64,000 nucleotides of DNA from Octopus vulgaris (Eukaryota), in NCBI GenBank assembly GCA_951406725.2, contig OX597821.1, positions 104,656,001 to 104,720,000 of the forward strand, read 5' to 3'. The notes beneath the pieces were generated by a model. That model was not told the DNA's origin. It saw only the letters and a program-made list of their open reading frames with translations, and did not search any database. Made by a program: the position numbers and the translations under genes. Positions 1 through 15,030 of the stretch are shown piece by piece; the stretch's first letter is position 1, and every line of letters starts with the position of its first letter.

Positions 1-165
1 AGAGAAAAGCCAAGGCATGTTCACACATAATATTCATTTTCTCTCGCCCTCCCTCCCTCAATCTCTCTCTCCTCACCTTTCTTATTCTTTCTTTCTTCTC
101 TCTCTCACTTTCTCTCTTTCTCTCTATAGTTCTTTGTGTATTTGCTTACGTGTCAATCTACATCT

Positions 166-740
<575 letters not shown>

Positions 741-1326
741 ACCACTCCCAAACACTTAGATGATAATGTCATGTTCTTGTAATCATTCACTTGTACGTGC
801 TAACATTTTAAATTTTTCCATAATCTGTAATTTCACATATTTCGAGCAACGTCAGCTACCCGGACATGCTTGTCTCATATAATATATTTCTGCTTTAAGA
901 ATCTGTCAAATACCATTCAACTATGCGACAATTTGACGTCCATTCTATTCATTTCAATACAAAATATCTACCTTTTAGTTGTAGTTTTTCAAGTATTGCG
1001 CCTCTTGTTATGACTGTACTGACTAGTGTGTTTTTCCCTGTTTGCTACATCGGAAATTGCTCTCAGTTGTATGATATTTATAAGACATGCGTTGATTTCC
1101 TTCCGTTTTACGTTATGAGAAACACTACAGTGCATGAAAACATGTGTTGATGGTACGTTCAAGTCTTCTACGTATTTCTTCAGGATCTTTGTATACCGTG
1201 TTCTATCCTTGATCAAATGATATGCCCGAAAAGGGTAAATGTATGTATACATATGACAGAAGTCATATATGATGGAGTTCTCCAGTAACTGAAACAGTAT
1301 TAGTATGTCGGTGGTTATCTTCGTAA

Positions 1327-1557
1327 GGCGGTGAGTTGACAGAACCGTTTGCACGCCGGGCGAAATGCGTAGCCGTATTTCATCTGCCGTTGCGTTCTGA
1401 GTTCAAGTTCGGCCCAGGTCGACTTTGCCTTTCATCCTTTCGGGGTCGATAAAGTAAGTACCAGTTACGCACTGGGGTCGATGTAATCGACTTAATACCT
1501 ATGTCTGTCCTTGTTTGTCCACTCTATGTCTAGCCCCTTGTGGGTAATAAAGAAATA
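1327..1557 (+). mobile_element. tRNA-derived SINE, family M (core GTCGACTTTGCCTTTCATCCTTTCGGGGTCGATAAA), with 15-bp TSD
   Basis: B-box GAGTTCAAGTTC. The core recurs about 8 times in the window. GGTGGTTATCTTCGT at 1310-1324 and 1558-1572 flanks it. Confidence 0.9.
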
Positions 1558-2790
1558 GGTGGTTATCTTCGTGTTTTCATTTCCACTTGTTTTAGTCATT
1601 ATACAGTTGCCATGCTGGGGCACCGCCTTCAAATTTAAGTCGAATGAATCGACTCCAGTACGTACGGGACATAAACACACCAACACCGAGTAGACAAGGG
1701 GAGAGAAACACAGGCACAAAGACAGGCACAAAGACACCAACATATATATATATATATATGCATGTATATATTTGTGTGTGTGTGGTTGTGTAGTTGTATT
1801 TGTATAAGTACTTATATAGAGTAAGTACTAGGTTTACAAAATCAAGTCCTGTGGTTGATTTCTCCGACTATAACTCTTGAAGGTGTTGCTGCAACATGGC
1901 CTCAGTCAAATGATTGCAACAATAAAAGAATATTTATTGCTTCTTAGAACAAGTCTCTGTGACGTCAAAGATTACTTGTCCTTTCATCCATTACATTTTT
2001 AAGATATATCCTATTAATGATGCTACAATTTAACGAAATAAATGTTTGATTTCCATTTTCGTTTCAGTGTAACATAACAATGTGTTTTCTGTATTACTGG
2101 TAGATCATGATGTAGTATTTAGGGTGAATTTTGGGGGGATTCACTGATTTATGTTTAAGGAATGTGGATGCTGATTGCTTTCTCCTAATGTTGGATATCA
2201 ACAAATGATAGGAAACAAAGAAAAAAGATTTTGCACCGTTACTCCCTGTAGTATATCTAGGAAACTTAAGCTTACACACTTTGTTTGCCTCAACGAAAGC
2301 GAAGAGCTAGAAATCAATAATTTAATGTTATTGATGATGTCAGTTAAACTGCGACCATGATAAAAGTAAAAGTCTGTCCAACAGGCAAATCAATATTATT
2401 ACAGTTGAAGTGTGACGGAGGAAAAGGTAATGCTTTACATCGGTACATTTTTGCGCCAAAATATGAGATGATTTCGTGCAGTTTCCTGTAAAGTTTGCAA
2501 TATTATAAGTATGACTATGTAAAAAAAAATGTTTATAATATTGAAATATTTTATACGGTATGAGGTATACGAAAACATTAATGAATGTTTATACTATAGA
2601 AATAAAGAGATATATGGTTTCACACAGACAATTATTCAGAAATACGTTTACCAAATTATCTTACTATAGTGACTAATATTATATTTTTTTATAATTAGTT
2701 AGACATGTTAGTGATCTTTAATTGTTTAAATTAGAAATATGCATGTAGACACACAAACACTCTCTCACACACACACACACGCACACACAA

Positions 2791-2892
<102 letters not shown>

Positions 2893-3240
2893 ATGTATAA
2901 TAATAATATTAGGGAGTAAATCCAAATTTACAGGAAAACAGTAGATTTAGGATTAAATCTAATTTCACAGCATTATTATAAATTAAATTAGAGATAAAAC
3001 CACTATTAGGCAAATCAAACCGTGAAAAACATAAACCAAAACATAAAAATAAAAATAATAATATGATTTACAAAACATATAACATATAAAATATAAAATT
3101 TAAATTATTTAAATTTAAACTTATTAATTTATATTTATAATTTAAAAAGAAGAATTAAAAAAAAAATTAATGTTTATAGTTATATATAACTATCAAAAAG
3201 TATTAAAAAGTTTATTATAAGATAAGTTATGTATAAGATA

Positions 3241-3340
<100 letters not shown>

Positions 3341-3847
3341 GCATATTTATTTTTTATCAACATTTGCTACAGCTAAATATTAAGACTCTGTTACTTCTCT
3401 AAAATATTAATAAATTATATATACACTCACATGTTGAGTTTTATTCTTTCTGCTTGCATCAACAAACCTGTATATATATATACATATACGTGTATGTGTG
3501 TGTGTGTGTGTGTCTGTGTATGTGTGTGTGACTGCATACATCGGCTTAAATCGTTCTCGATTATACGTCGGTTTCAGATATAATATTTGGAATCGTGAAA
3601 TCAATAGAAAAGCGTACAAAATGTATATGTATATAAATTTATATATATATCACTTAATAGTGATAAATTGTATGGTTATTGACGATTTGTCTATTTTCGG
3701 CATATTTAGCATTAGAAGTTTTATCTTTCGCCCTTGTTTATAAGTTGTTTATAAATTTAACCTTTAAAAGTATTTTTTAATATGCTGGCCATTGAGAGAA
3801 TTCTTTTCTAAAAATGTTATCCTATATTAGATGTATGTTAATATATA

Positions 3848-3978
<131 letters not shown>

Positions 3979-3993
3979 ATATGTGTGTGTGAA

Positions 3994-4333
3994 GGCGCGT
4001 GGCTCAGTGGTTAGAGCGTCGAGCTTACGATCGTGAGGTTGTGAGCTCGAATCCCGGACCGGGCTGCGTGTTGTGTTCTTGAGCAAGGCACTTTATTTCA
4101 CGTTGCTCCAGTTCACTCAGCTTTAGAAATGAGTTGCGACGTCACTGGTACCAAGCTGTATCGACCTTTGTCTTTCCCTTGGATAACACTGGTGGCGTGG
4201 AGAGGGGAGGCTGGTATGCATGGGCGACTGCTGGTCTTCCATAAACAACCTTGCCCGGACTTGTGTCTAGGAGGGTAACTTTCTAGGTGCAATCCCATGG
4301 TCATTCATGACCGAAGGGGGTCTTTACCCTTTT
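3994..4333 (+). mobile_element. tRNA-derived SINE, family B, full length
   Basis: Head GGCGCGTGGCTCAGTGGTTAGAGC...CTCGAATCCC (A/B boxes); near-identical reverse copy at 48473-48809. Confidence 0.9.
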
Positions 4334-5154
4334 TATATATATGTATATATACTGGCATACTTCACACACATGCATACATACAAACATATATATGTGTGTT
4401 TGTATGTGTGTTTGTGTGTGCGTTTGTTTGTGTATGTGTGTGTGTCCGTACATAAAGCTTCCTTGTTAAACTAAAATTTCAGAGTATTGAGGTATTCATG
4501 ATGTGATGGTTCTCTGGGCCGTATATATCACTTTTGGTTTGACACTCGCTAATACCTCCGCAATTCAAGCCGGATGTCGCAGAACATGTTAACTGATTAA
4601 TGTTGGTTATTATAATCGCATATACATAAAATGTTTTACACAGCCAAGATAAACATAAGGCTACACAGAAAGCACACCTATATGTCGTCATATTTTTTAT
4701 TATTTGCCAATATAGTTTCCCTATGGGTCGCTGATGTGTTTCCGATCTTACGTAATACATTTTTGTTGGTGTACAAACAAGGTAAGGTCTAAATAACCTG
4801 GGTGGTATTTGAATTATTTATAAAAGATTCTGTTCTATTTTCCAATTCCAACATGACAGGCGTTGACTGCTGTATTACAATATTCGAGAAGAAGCATATT
4901 TACATCGATTGAATAAAAGAATACTTAAAATTGCCCGAAATATCACTGTATGATATGTGACTTTTGTTTGGTAGTTGTATAGACCTGAGAATCTGTGCCA
5001 GTTGAAGATCCTTGATGTGTGATATATAAAGATAACGGAATTATTATGGTTTCAGCAACCGCAAATGCTTCACCATATTCTGTAACTCACATCATACAAA
5101 TGATCCATGTATATATACATATATGGATAAATGTATATGTATGTATGTATGTAT

Positions 5155-5203
<49 letters not shown>

Positions 5204-5272
5204 ACATAAACATTCTCATACATACACACACACACACACATATATACATAAATGCTTATATACACATATATG

Positions 5273-5351
<79 letters not shown>

Positions 5352-6496
5352 TGAGATAGAGAGACATAGAGGGAGAGAGAGGGGGAGAGAGACTTACGTA
5401 TGTATGTATCAGTATACAACTTGCAGTGTACTGTTTAAATCCTGTTCTCAGTATTCACCATCCTGATGTAAACAACGGTATATAGATATGGGTAACTGGA
5501 TCTACGCCAGGAACACATGGAGAAGGAAATGTTACAAGTGTTTTTATTCAGGTCTACTGTTTCGAGCTCATCATTCATATTTTGTAAGTTGATGCAATTG
5601 GGCATTTTTGAATAAGAAAATTGATCAGGAAGATTCAGTTTCTTTCTCCAATTGTTCTTAGTATATGTCGATACAAAATATTGTCCTGGTGTCTCTGTAC
5701 TGCGTATCGAAGTACGTAGTGTTTAATACCAACGAATCATCAGCGTTTTATGACTATTAAAATTCCGAAACCTTTATATTTCTACATAAGCAATACTCCT
5801 AAGAAGTGGTCGGCTGTGTGATTATGATTACGATTCCAAGTGATTCCAAGTGAGCCTTTGTCCAGTTCCACTTGTGTCAGAGCTGATGCAAGTATTTTCT
5901 AATATGTCACCGAGCTGCAGAAAATATGGGAATTTATTTCGTCCGTGTGTGTGTATGTTTTTGTGTGTGTATGTAAAGACAAATGGGTATATAAATAGAT
6001 AGATACATGGATTAAATAGGCCGACAGACAGAGAGATATATGTGTGTATATTCAGGTTTATTTGCGTTTATTCTCTACCCTTAAAGTATTTAGCCGAATA
6101 ATAGAATGCAGTGAAACATCATCGCCGCATAACAAAGACTGAAACCAGAAAAGGGGAAAGATAACATAGTTGATATTTGCGCTAGTGATACTTATGTAAA
6201 TTTTACAACGTAATTTCTAAAATCTGTGGTTGACATGGAGTTTTATAATTATTTGGATGGATACGATTAAAGAATGTTGCAGCAATATTCCATAATAGTA
6301 AGAACAAACTAAACTATATAACATGTAAGTTGAGAAAACACGGTGGAAACTTCAATGCAGGATGACTGGCAATGCATTATATTTAAATAGTTGAATATTC
6401 AGTTCTAAATTAAAGCTTATGTTTATGCACTATCAGAACTCAGAATATTGTATTATTATTGACCATATGAGATCCTCACATGTGGACCAGCCCCTA

Positions 6497-6533
<37 letters not shown>

Positions 6534-6976
6534 TTCAGCAAAATTTAGATTGAGATGAATATGGTACTTAAGTTAGAGGCACCAGAATTTTGTATGGTAT
6601 TATCCATATAAATCAAATGGGGTCATTATAATCAAATAAGAGATGGAGAATGAACCTACTACCATCATGTTCTTAATGATGAAATTAACCTCTCTCTCTA
6701 TAAATCTACCCTCTTTGTAATGTTGCCAAATGAAATAATTATAAGAATGTGCATTGTCCGTTTAATTGAAAAATTCTATATGTGGCTGAAGATTGATCGT
6801 CATTTCAAAACTGATGTAATACTTACAGGGATTAATAAAATGAAGTAGCATGAAATAATTGCATTACTCTACCTTGGATATATATATAAATATGTATATA
6901 TATATATATATATCATTACAAGTGTATTTACATTATTTACATTTGACGGATATTTATCCTCATCTTGTTTATTTTT

Positions 6977-7022
6977 AACACAACATTTCGGCTGATATAC
7001 CCTCCAGCCTTCACCAGATATT
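6977..7022 (-). ncRNA. Type I hammerhead ribozyme motif (mutated copy)
   Basis: Core CTGGTGA, stem II GGCTG/CAGCC, GAAA-TG-TT. Two substitutions relative to the canonical core seen in the 7527 copy. Confidence 0.7.
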
Positions 7023-7086
7023 TTGGGGAAATTTCGAACCTGGGTTCTCATTTCTAATGAATTTTTCGTTGTTGTTGTTGTTGTTG

Positions 7087-7157
<71 letters not shown>

Positions 7158-7185
7158 GATATTATTATTTTTTTTTTTCTTCTTT

Positions 7186-7365
7186 AAAATTTGCTTCCAT
7201 TTCTTGCCGGGTGTCTTCCCGTCTCCTAGGGCAAAGAAACTCATTGGTAGGCCATTAAGCTAAACTCAATAGTTCGTTCATTTAAAAAAAATTTTTTTTA
7301 AGTTAAATTAAAATACGTGGGTAGTAATAGTTCTCACATCGACAATGCTCTTCTCAATACGTGTG

Positions 7366-7366
<1 letters not shown>
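7186..7366 (-). mobile_element. 3' end of an R4/Dong-type LINE nested in the SINE's (AAT)n tract
   Basis: Minus strand encodes HVLRRALSM*, similar to the C-terminus AHILRRTLSIQ of the element at 42138. A short UTR and (AAT)n follow. Confidence 0.65.
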
Positions 7367-7447
<81 letters not shown>

Positions 7448-7526
7448 TTACTGCCTTCAATCGAACTCGGAATCTAGGATTTAGTAGCCCGCGCTCTTAA
7501 CCACGACGCCATATGCACCATATGAT

Positions 7527-7568
7527 CACCTGATGAAACCTGGAATGTATATCAGACGAAACGTTGTG
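7527..7568 (+). ncRNA. Type I hammerhead ribozyme motif in an inverted copy of the SINE 3' region
   Basis: CAC-CTGATGA-A-(ACCTG..CAGAC)-GAAAC-GTT-GTG. The downstream 55 bp matches the reverse complement of 6926-6985. Confidence 0.75.
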
Positions 7569-7675
7569 TTAACAACAAACAAGATGAGGGAAAATATCCG
7601 TCAAATGTAAATAATCTACATAATTCATCATCTCTTAAATATAGAACTGTATACCATTACAATGTCTAATTAATG

Positions 7676-7734
<59 letters not shown>

Positions 7735-7784
7735 AAAAAATAGTCAAGATAGAAAATGCTAAAATAATTTTATAAAAATCATTT

Positions 7785-7820
7785 CAGTACCGGTTTCAGT
7801 CATTGTGACTTTTTCAACTG
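7785..7820 (-). ncRNA. Degenerate hammerhead motif in a (TA)n-adjacent remnant
   Basis: Minus strand CAG-TTGAAAA-AGTCA caa TGACT-GAAAC-CG-GTA-CTG. Stems I and II pair; the core is mutated. Confidence 0.55.
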
Positions 7821-8339
7821 TAACAATTAAACAAATAAATTTAGAAAAATTAAAAGAAAAGTTTTTTTTAAAGAATATTTGTGTAGTGTTCAAATACAAG
7901 TGGCATTTTCCTTGTTTCTGTCTGTTTCTTTCTCTCTTGTTTACTCTCGTATATATGCATCATTACAATTCTTAATTAATGCGAAATCAGAGCGCAGGCT
8001 TTCTCTCACGAAGTATCATTTCATTGAACTGTTACGGTGTGTTTCACATTGCCCATTGTTTAGATGACGAATTACATTCCGAGGTTCGTGTAAAGTGCAC
8101 TTGACCAGCAAAACTGAACTTATAAGAAAAATCTCATTAATACAGTATATATGCTGAATCTCAAAACTATTACATTATGGAAATATCGATTCAGACATTT
8201 AAGAACAAATATATTTGCTAAACTTCCTTTTCATTTATTTTTTAGTAGCAAAATATGATAAGATGTGTTAAATGGTTTCCTAGCACTTAATAGTAGAGAA
8301 AAATTAACGACGTAAATATAAAATTATTAAAAATTTTAC

Positions 8340-8762
8340 ACTGGTGTGGCTAAGTGGTAATAACTTGCTTACTAAGAACATTGTTAGGGGTTCAGTTCCA
8401 CTGCGTGACACCTTGAGAAAGTGTCTTCTAATATAACATCGGGCTTTCCAAAACCTTCTGAGTGAATTTGGTCGACGGAAACTGAAAGAAGCCAGTAGTA
8501 TATATATGTGTTTGTGTGTCTGTGTGTGTGTTTGTGTGTGGGTGTTCATGCGTGTGTCTGTGTTTGTCCCCCCACCACTATCGCTTGACAACCGACGCTG
8601 GTGTGTTTAAATACCCGTAATTTAGCGCTTCAGCAAGAGAGAACGATGGAATACGTACTAGGCTTAAAAAGAATAAATCTTGGCAACAATTTGTTCAACT
8701 AAAAGCAGTGCTCCAGCGTGGCTGCAGTCAAATAACTGAAATAAATAAAGGAATAAAGGAAT
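8340..8762 (+). mobile_element. tRNA-derived SINE, family A (two arms separated by a TA/TG microsatellite), diverged copy
   Basis: Homologous to 11558-12005, 58206-58580 and 59782-60103. Confidence 0.85.
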
Positions 8763-8918
8763 ATGTCACGAAGATTTACGTGACATGTCTTCTAATTTAT
8801 TGAATATTTACATTATAACAGTTAATAAATAATTTGATTCTATAATTTCAGGTTTAAATATACTTTTAACCATTGTAAGTGTGTCTATTTACTTCTGTCA
8901 TGTCTCCCTTTTCCTTTC

Positions 8919-8970
<52 letters not shown>

Positions 8971-8976
<6 letters not shown>

Positions 8977-9266
8977 CGACCGACCAGACAATCAGATAGT
9001 GTTACACATCGCTAGTCACAATGCGTTCGCATTGTTTTAGCCTTCAAATGACACCATCCCGCTGGCTAAGCAGGCCAACATAAGAAAGAGTGGGAGAAAG
9101 AGTGATGAAAGAGTACAGCAGGTATTACCCAGCCACCCTGCCGGAGCCTCGTGGAGCTTTTAGGTGTTTTCGCTCAATAAACACTCACAACGCCCGGTAT
9201 GGGAATCGAAACCGCGATCCTACGACCGCGAGTCCGCTGCTCTAACCACTGGTCCATTGCACCTCC
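8971..9266 (-). mobile_element. tRNA(Arg-like)-derived SINE, family C, inserted in (TA)n
   Basis: Minus strand GGAGGTGCAATGGACCAGTGGTTAGAGC...GGTTTCGATTCCC; copies at 26274, 46573 and 56497. Confidence 0.88.
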
Positions 9267-9272
9267 ATATAC

Positions 9273-9811
<539 letters not shown>

Positions 9812-9929
9812 AAGGTGTGTACGTACATACGTGCCCCCTCTCGGAGCTCGTTGGAAAAAAACCTAAACTATTGGGAAGTTCACCTACTAGCATCACGTCT
9901 CTTCAAAGAACTGCCTGCGCACATGCGTA

Positions 9930-10200
9930 AGCCCACACCCTCCACCACATACAATTTCTTCCTGTTCTGTTGTACGGACACATCCTCCGTCTCTCGCTGG
10001 ATCATTCTACCTTTCGAATCACGAACTGCAAACTAGAAGAGGTCTTGTGGTAGTCCACGCACAACATGACTGGACACTTTCTGGGACGATCTTCAGAGGC
10101 TCTACGTCACCTTGGAGGAGGAAAAAAGGCTGGTACAGGACTGCCAGCGCTGGAGAAGACTAATGGACCTTGTAAGCAGTCGGCTCTACGTATGATGACC
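9930..10200 (+). pseudogene. Decayed RTE-clade LINE C-terminal fragment
   Basis: Translates YGHILRL... and GSPRTT*LDTFWDDLQRLYVTLEEEKRLVQDCQRWRRL, a typical RTE end motif. Confidence 0.65.
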
Positions 10201-11408
10201 ACCAGCTGGGAATGACCCAAGTCTCATCAAGCAAGAGAACGAAATCAACGAAAAACTATATATGTATACACAAACCCACACACCCACATACACATTGTTT
10301 AAAGAATTATATTGCAAAAAGAAACAACATTTTCCAATAATATTCGTGTTTTTTGACGCGCATTTGTCATCAACAAAAGCTAATATTCAATGAAATCTTA
10401 AAAAGCTTTTCCTCTTTAGTGAGAAGAAAATCACGATTTATGAGCAATGTAACAATATCTATAGTATTGAATTCTGTTAAATATGTCGACGAACAGGTTG
10501 AATATTTAGCTTCCCGGACAAAATCCTAAGCATCAGTTAGATCTGTTCGGGCTCTTAAAATAAAGTGTCCCACAAGTCGTGGGGACGATATTTTTGACAT
10601 TTCCTTTTCCTTCAAAATTTCTGACCTTGAGTCCTGCAATGGTGTTCAGTTGATAGGAGGGTTTTGATGTTGGTTGCTTATAACACATAGAAAACAGTAA
10701 CTGCCTCCTTATCATTTCCACTGTTCAAGAAAGAAATATATACTATGATTAATGTGATGCCGTTCTGTGAACACAAAAGTCTCTTCAAAGTCGCTCTCTC
10801 TGCAAGAATTATCAGTCATCTCTACTTAAACTCATAATAAACCACCTCAGAAAACAAATTACTCTTTACAATGCATCTTTGAATACATTGTTGCGATTAA
10901 CAAAACGATTATACGCTCATAGGAAGAATAACATTAGTCAAAGTGCTGCTTGAGCAAAGTTCATTTGTCCTCATGAATTTTAGAGACGTTCGGCGTACAC
11001 ATATCAGAAAGGCAGTAACAAATCAGGGAAGATAATGTGTTTTATAGCGAAAGTTTAATAGTTTATCTTCCACCTGAAAATTATTTCAGAAGCAAAATGT
11101 GGTATGAAAGAAACGGTAATTGTTTAGCGAGGGTGTGACATGTATAATATGGTACATAAAGCATAATAACTTTCAAAATTCTACGACGCTCCATCGATTC
11201 TTCATACTTCAGGAAAGATATTTTTTACATTGTAATCTTTACATAATTTAATTATCAGAGTACATCTAAGCTGGTGTACCGGCTTCAAGGATTTTCGGCC
11301 GGACGATCAACCCTAGTAATCATTGATCTAAATTTTGATACAAATACAATGTACAAATTACAAGTTCAAATACAAAGATATGTACGTATCTATCTGTCTG
11401 CATAAATG

Positions 11409-11546
<138 letters not shown>

Positions 11547-11557
11547 CATACATAGAC

Positions 11558-11715
11558 GGAGGAGTGGCTGTGTGGTACGTAACTTGCTTACCAACCACAT
11601 GGTTCCGGGTTCAGTCTCACTGCGTGGCACCTTGGGCAAGTGTCTCCTACTATAGCCTTGTAAGTTGAATTGGCAGAGGGAAACTTAAAATATCCGTCGT
11701 ATATATATATATATA

Positions 11716-11780
<65 letters not shown>

Positions 11781-12005
11781 GTGTATGTATGTATGTATAT
11801 GCGTGTGTTTGTGTGTCCCCCCAACATCACTTGACAACAGATGCTAGTGTTTACGTCCTCGTAACTTAGCGGTTCGGCAAAAGTGACCAATAGGATAAGT
11901 ACTAGGCTTGCAAAAAGTAAGTCCCGGGATCGATTTGCTCGACTAAAGGCGGTGCTCCAGCATGGCTGCAGTCAAATTACTGAAGCAAATAAAAGAATAA
12001 AAGAA
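11558..12005 (+). mobile_element. SINE family A, full length with internal (TA)n/(TG)n
   Basis: GGAGTGGCTGTGTGGTA...GGTTCAGTC head; 3' tail AAAAGAATAAAAGAAT. Confidence 0.9.
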
Positions 12006-14016
12006 TGCATACATATAAGTGTGTGTAAATGACCTACATTACTGTACCGTGGATGTGAACCCAAAACCGCGTGCTTTCGAAACCAACTGTATAAACTGAC
12101 AGTCATACCTGTGTCTATAATCCATCATAATATTTGCATATTAAAAAAAAGAAAATACGTAAAATTAAATCCAAACGCGAAAAAAAAAAGCAAAAACCAA
12201 AACGAAAAATTTTAAAAACACACATTTCTATGAAAGTCTTTAAATGAAATCGAAGCATTTTTCTTCATCCCCAGCCATCATTTATATTTCAATTCATTTC
12301 CAATCTAACTCGATACTCCTTGTTTGCTTTTTTCCATCCTGTCTCTTGTCCTAATAAATTATTTCTAACCTCATTACACGAAAATTACTTTAACATATAA
12401 TTTTGGAGACATCGTTTTCCTGTCTCCTTTATTGCTTCTGTCCATTTTCTGTCTATCACATTTTATATCTGTTATTTATTCATTTTTCTTCTTTTTTTCG
12501 TTCGTCTGATCTATATTACTTTCATTCAATCACACAATTTTATTAACTTCAATCAATATTGTATTCTTTACAAGTACGTTTATTTTTAATATTTTTGATC
12601 ATACAGTACAACCTATATCATCTTCTCCGTTTTATATTTCTGTTTTTTTTTCGTTCATATATTTCTATCACAAATGTTATCGACAAAGAAGCAAGGGATA
12701 GTATAATAAAGAGACTTCGCAAATACGTAGGAGGAAGGAGGCTATTAAAGGAGACACCCACAGCCAAGAAAAACAAAAGCTGACTGTTATATATATATAT
12801 GTGTGTGTGTGGGTGGGTGTATTGTGTGTATGTAAAATTACCAAAGGTGAGAGATACGGTATAAACAGATATATAACTTTGTCATATATATATAATACAG
12901 CACGGATTTTGTCAGTGAACAGGTCGCGGTTTCGAAGCGACGAAGATATTTTGCCAAATGAAATTTAAATGTTGAAGTGAATCTCACGGTTTTTGCGTGT
13001 TTCTTAAATGGCTTATAAAAACCTTCCACGCTGCAATTGTTTACGTTCTAGCACACGGTCTCAGATCAAGCCAACTGCTATGCAAGTATATCTCCATAAT
13101 ATAATATAATATTAATATAAGCGTCTTCTACTATAGCCTCGGTCCGACCGTATATATATATATGTGTGTGTCTGTGTGTGTGTGTCTGTGTGTGTGTGCG
13201 CGTGTGTGTATTTCTGTGTCTGTGTTTGCCCTCCCAACATCGCACTACAACCGATGCTGGTGTATGATAAAAGTTATGATAAAATATTTCTTGTCTCTTT
13301 GACTATATATACATATACACATATAGATATACATATATGTACGCATGCACACAAATAAATGTGTGTGTATGATTTTGTTTGTGTGTGTTTATCTGTGTGT
13401 GTATGTGTGTGCGTGTGTAAAATATAGGAGAATGGAAAAGAAAATGGAATTCGCAAGAGTTTTTATAAACTATACGATCGTTTCGACCAATTGTGCATCA
13501 GCATCTGGCGGGTGAGATGCTGTATTCGAGATTCGGGTGAGTTGTGGCGCAACATGTCAGAAGGTACCAGATTTTTTTCGTCTCTTATTTCGATTATAAT
13601 ACATTTTAGTAGCTGCCGTTTGCTTCTCGAGAAGAATGAAAATGAAGAAAAATTCTGGTGCATGTAATAAAGTGTCTTACAAAGAGTCAAAGCTAAACCA
13701 AAACGAATTTTTTAAAAAATGAAGTACCTTTTGACAAGCCACTTGACAAAACACATCCTCACGTATGATGCACCAGCCTTTCAACAGAATCTCACCCGCA
13801 AGTCACCCGATGTTACTAAACGATCGTAGTGAATTATAAAGCGTCTTTTTATTTCAATCTTCCGTTTCTGTCTCGAATATGCTATAAATACGCTATGGAC
13901 ATGAAAAAATGTTTGCATTAAATCTAGTGGCATAGAAATCAAAAATATGTTAGACGAATAAAACGTGGGCTTTAAAAGGAGTACCACAATGTACATACCC
14001 AAATTTAAAATTATTA

Positions 14017-14076
<60 letters not shown>

Positions 14077-14387
14077 TTATTTTTTTACTTATTGTAGTTA
14101 TTTGACTGCAACCATGCTGGAGCACTACTTCCAGTCAAGAAAATCGGCGCCAGGACTTCGTCTTTATAAGCCTAGTACTTATTCTATCGGTCTTTTGTGC
14201 CGATATATATATGTATATAATGTTTAGCAGTCTACATCCTAAATCCAGTGATATGAATTCCGCTATATGTAGAAGCTAAGTGTCATTATTTTCACCGTTG
14301 TGCCGCAGCATGACCGCAGCCATGTGGCTGAAGCAAATACAAGAATAAAATACTAGGTACACACAAACACACACATCTATTTACCTA

Positions 14388-14849
<462 letters not shown>

Positions 14850-14988
14850 TATATATGTATATGTATATATATATATATGTATGTGTGTTTGTGAGTGTGC
14901 GTGCGTGTGTATGAATGTGTGTATTTCTTTAAGTGCCTCTTTATGGAAGCTGTGCAATTAAATTTATAGACCTCAGTAATGTGAAATA

Positions 14989-15030
<42 letters not shown>

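Larger units (their letters stand above)
6926..7516 (-). mobile_element. tRNA-headed SINE with internal (AAT)n tract and a 3' hammerhead ribozyme motif
   Basis: The minus strand reads GCATATGGCGTCGTGGTTAAGAGC...GAGTTCGATT (A/B box), then (AAT)n/(AAC)n, then CTGGTGA-A-GGCTG..CAGCC-GAAATGTT-GTGTT. It lies between (TA)n tracts. Confidence 0.75.

Noticed and set aside
3994-4066. tRNA gene candidates at SINE heads
   Set aside because: They continue into shared SINE bodies and lack a complete cloverleaf and terminator.
5530-5580. HHR-like TGATGAGCTCGAAACAGTA on the minus strand
   Set aside because: No proper stem II loop or stem I pairing next to the core.
12880-13110. Possible additional interspersed repeat between TA-rich tracts
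   Set aside because: No second copy or clear termini within the window.
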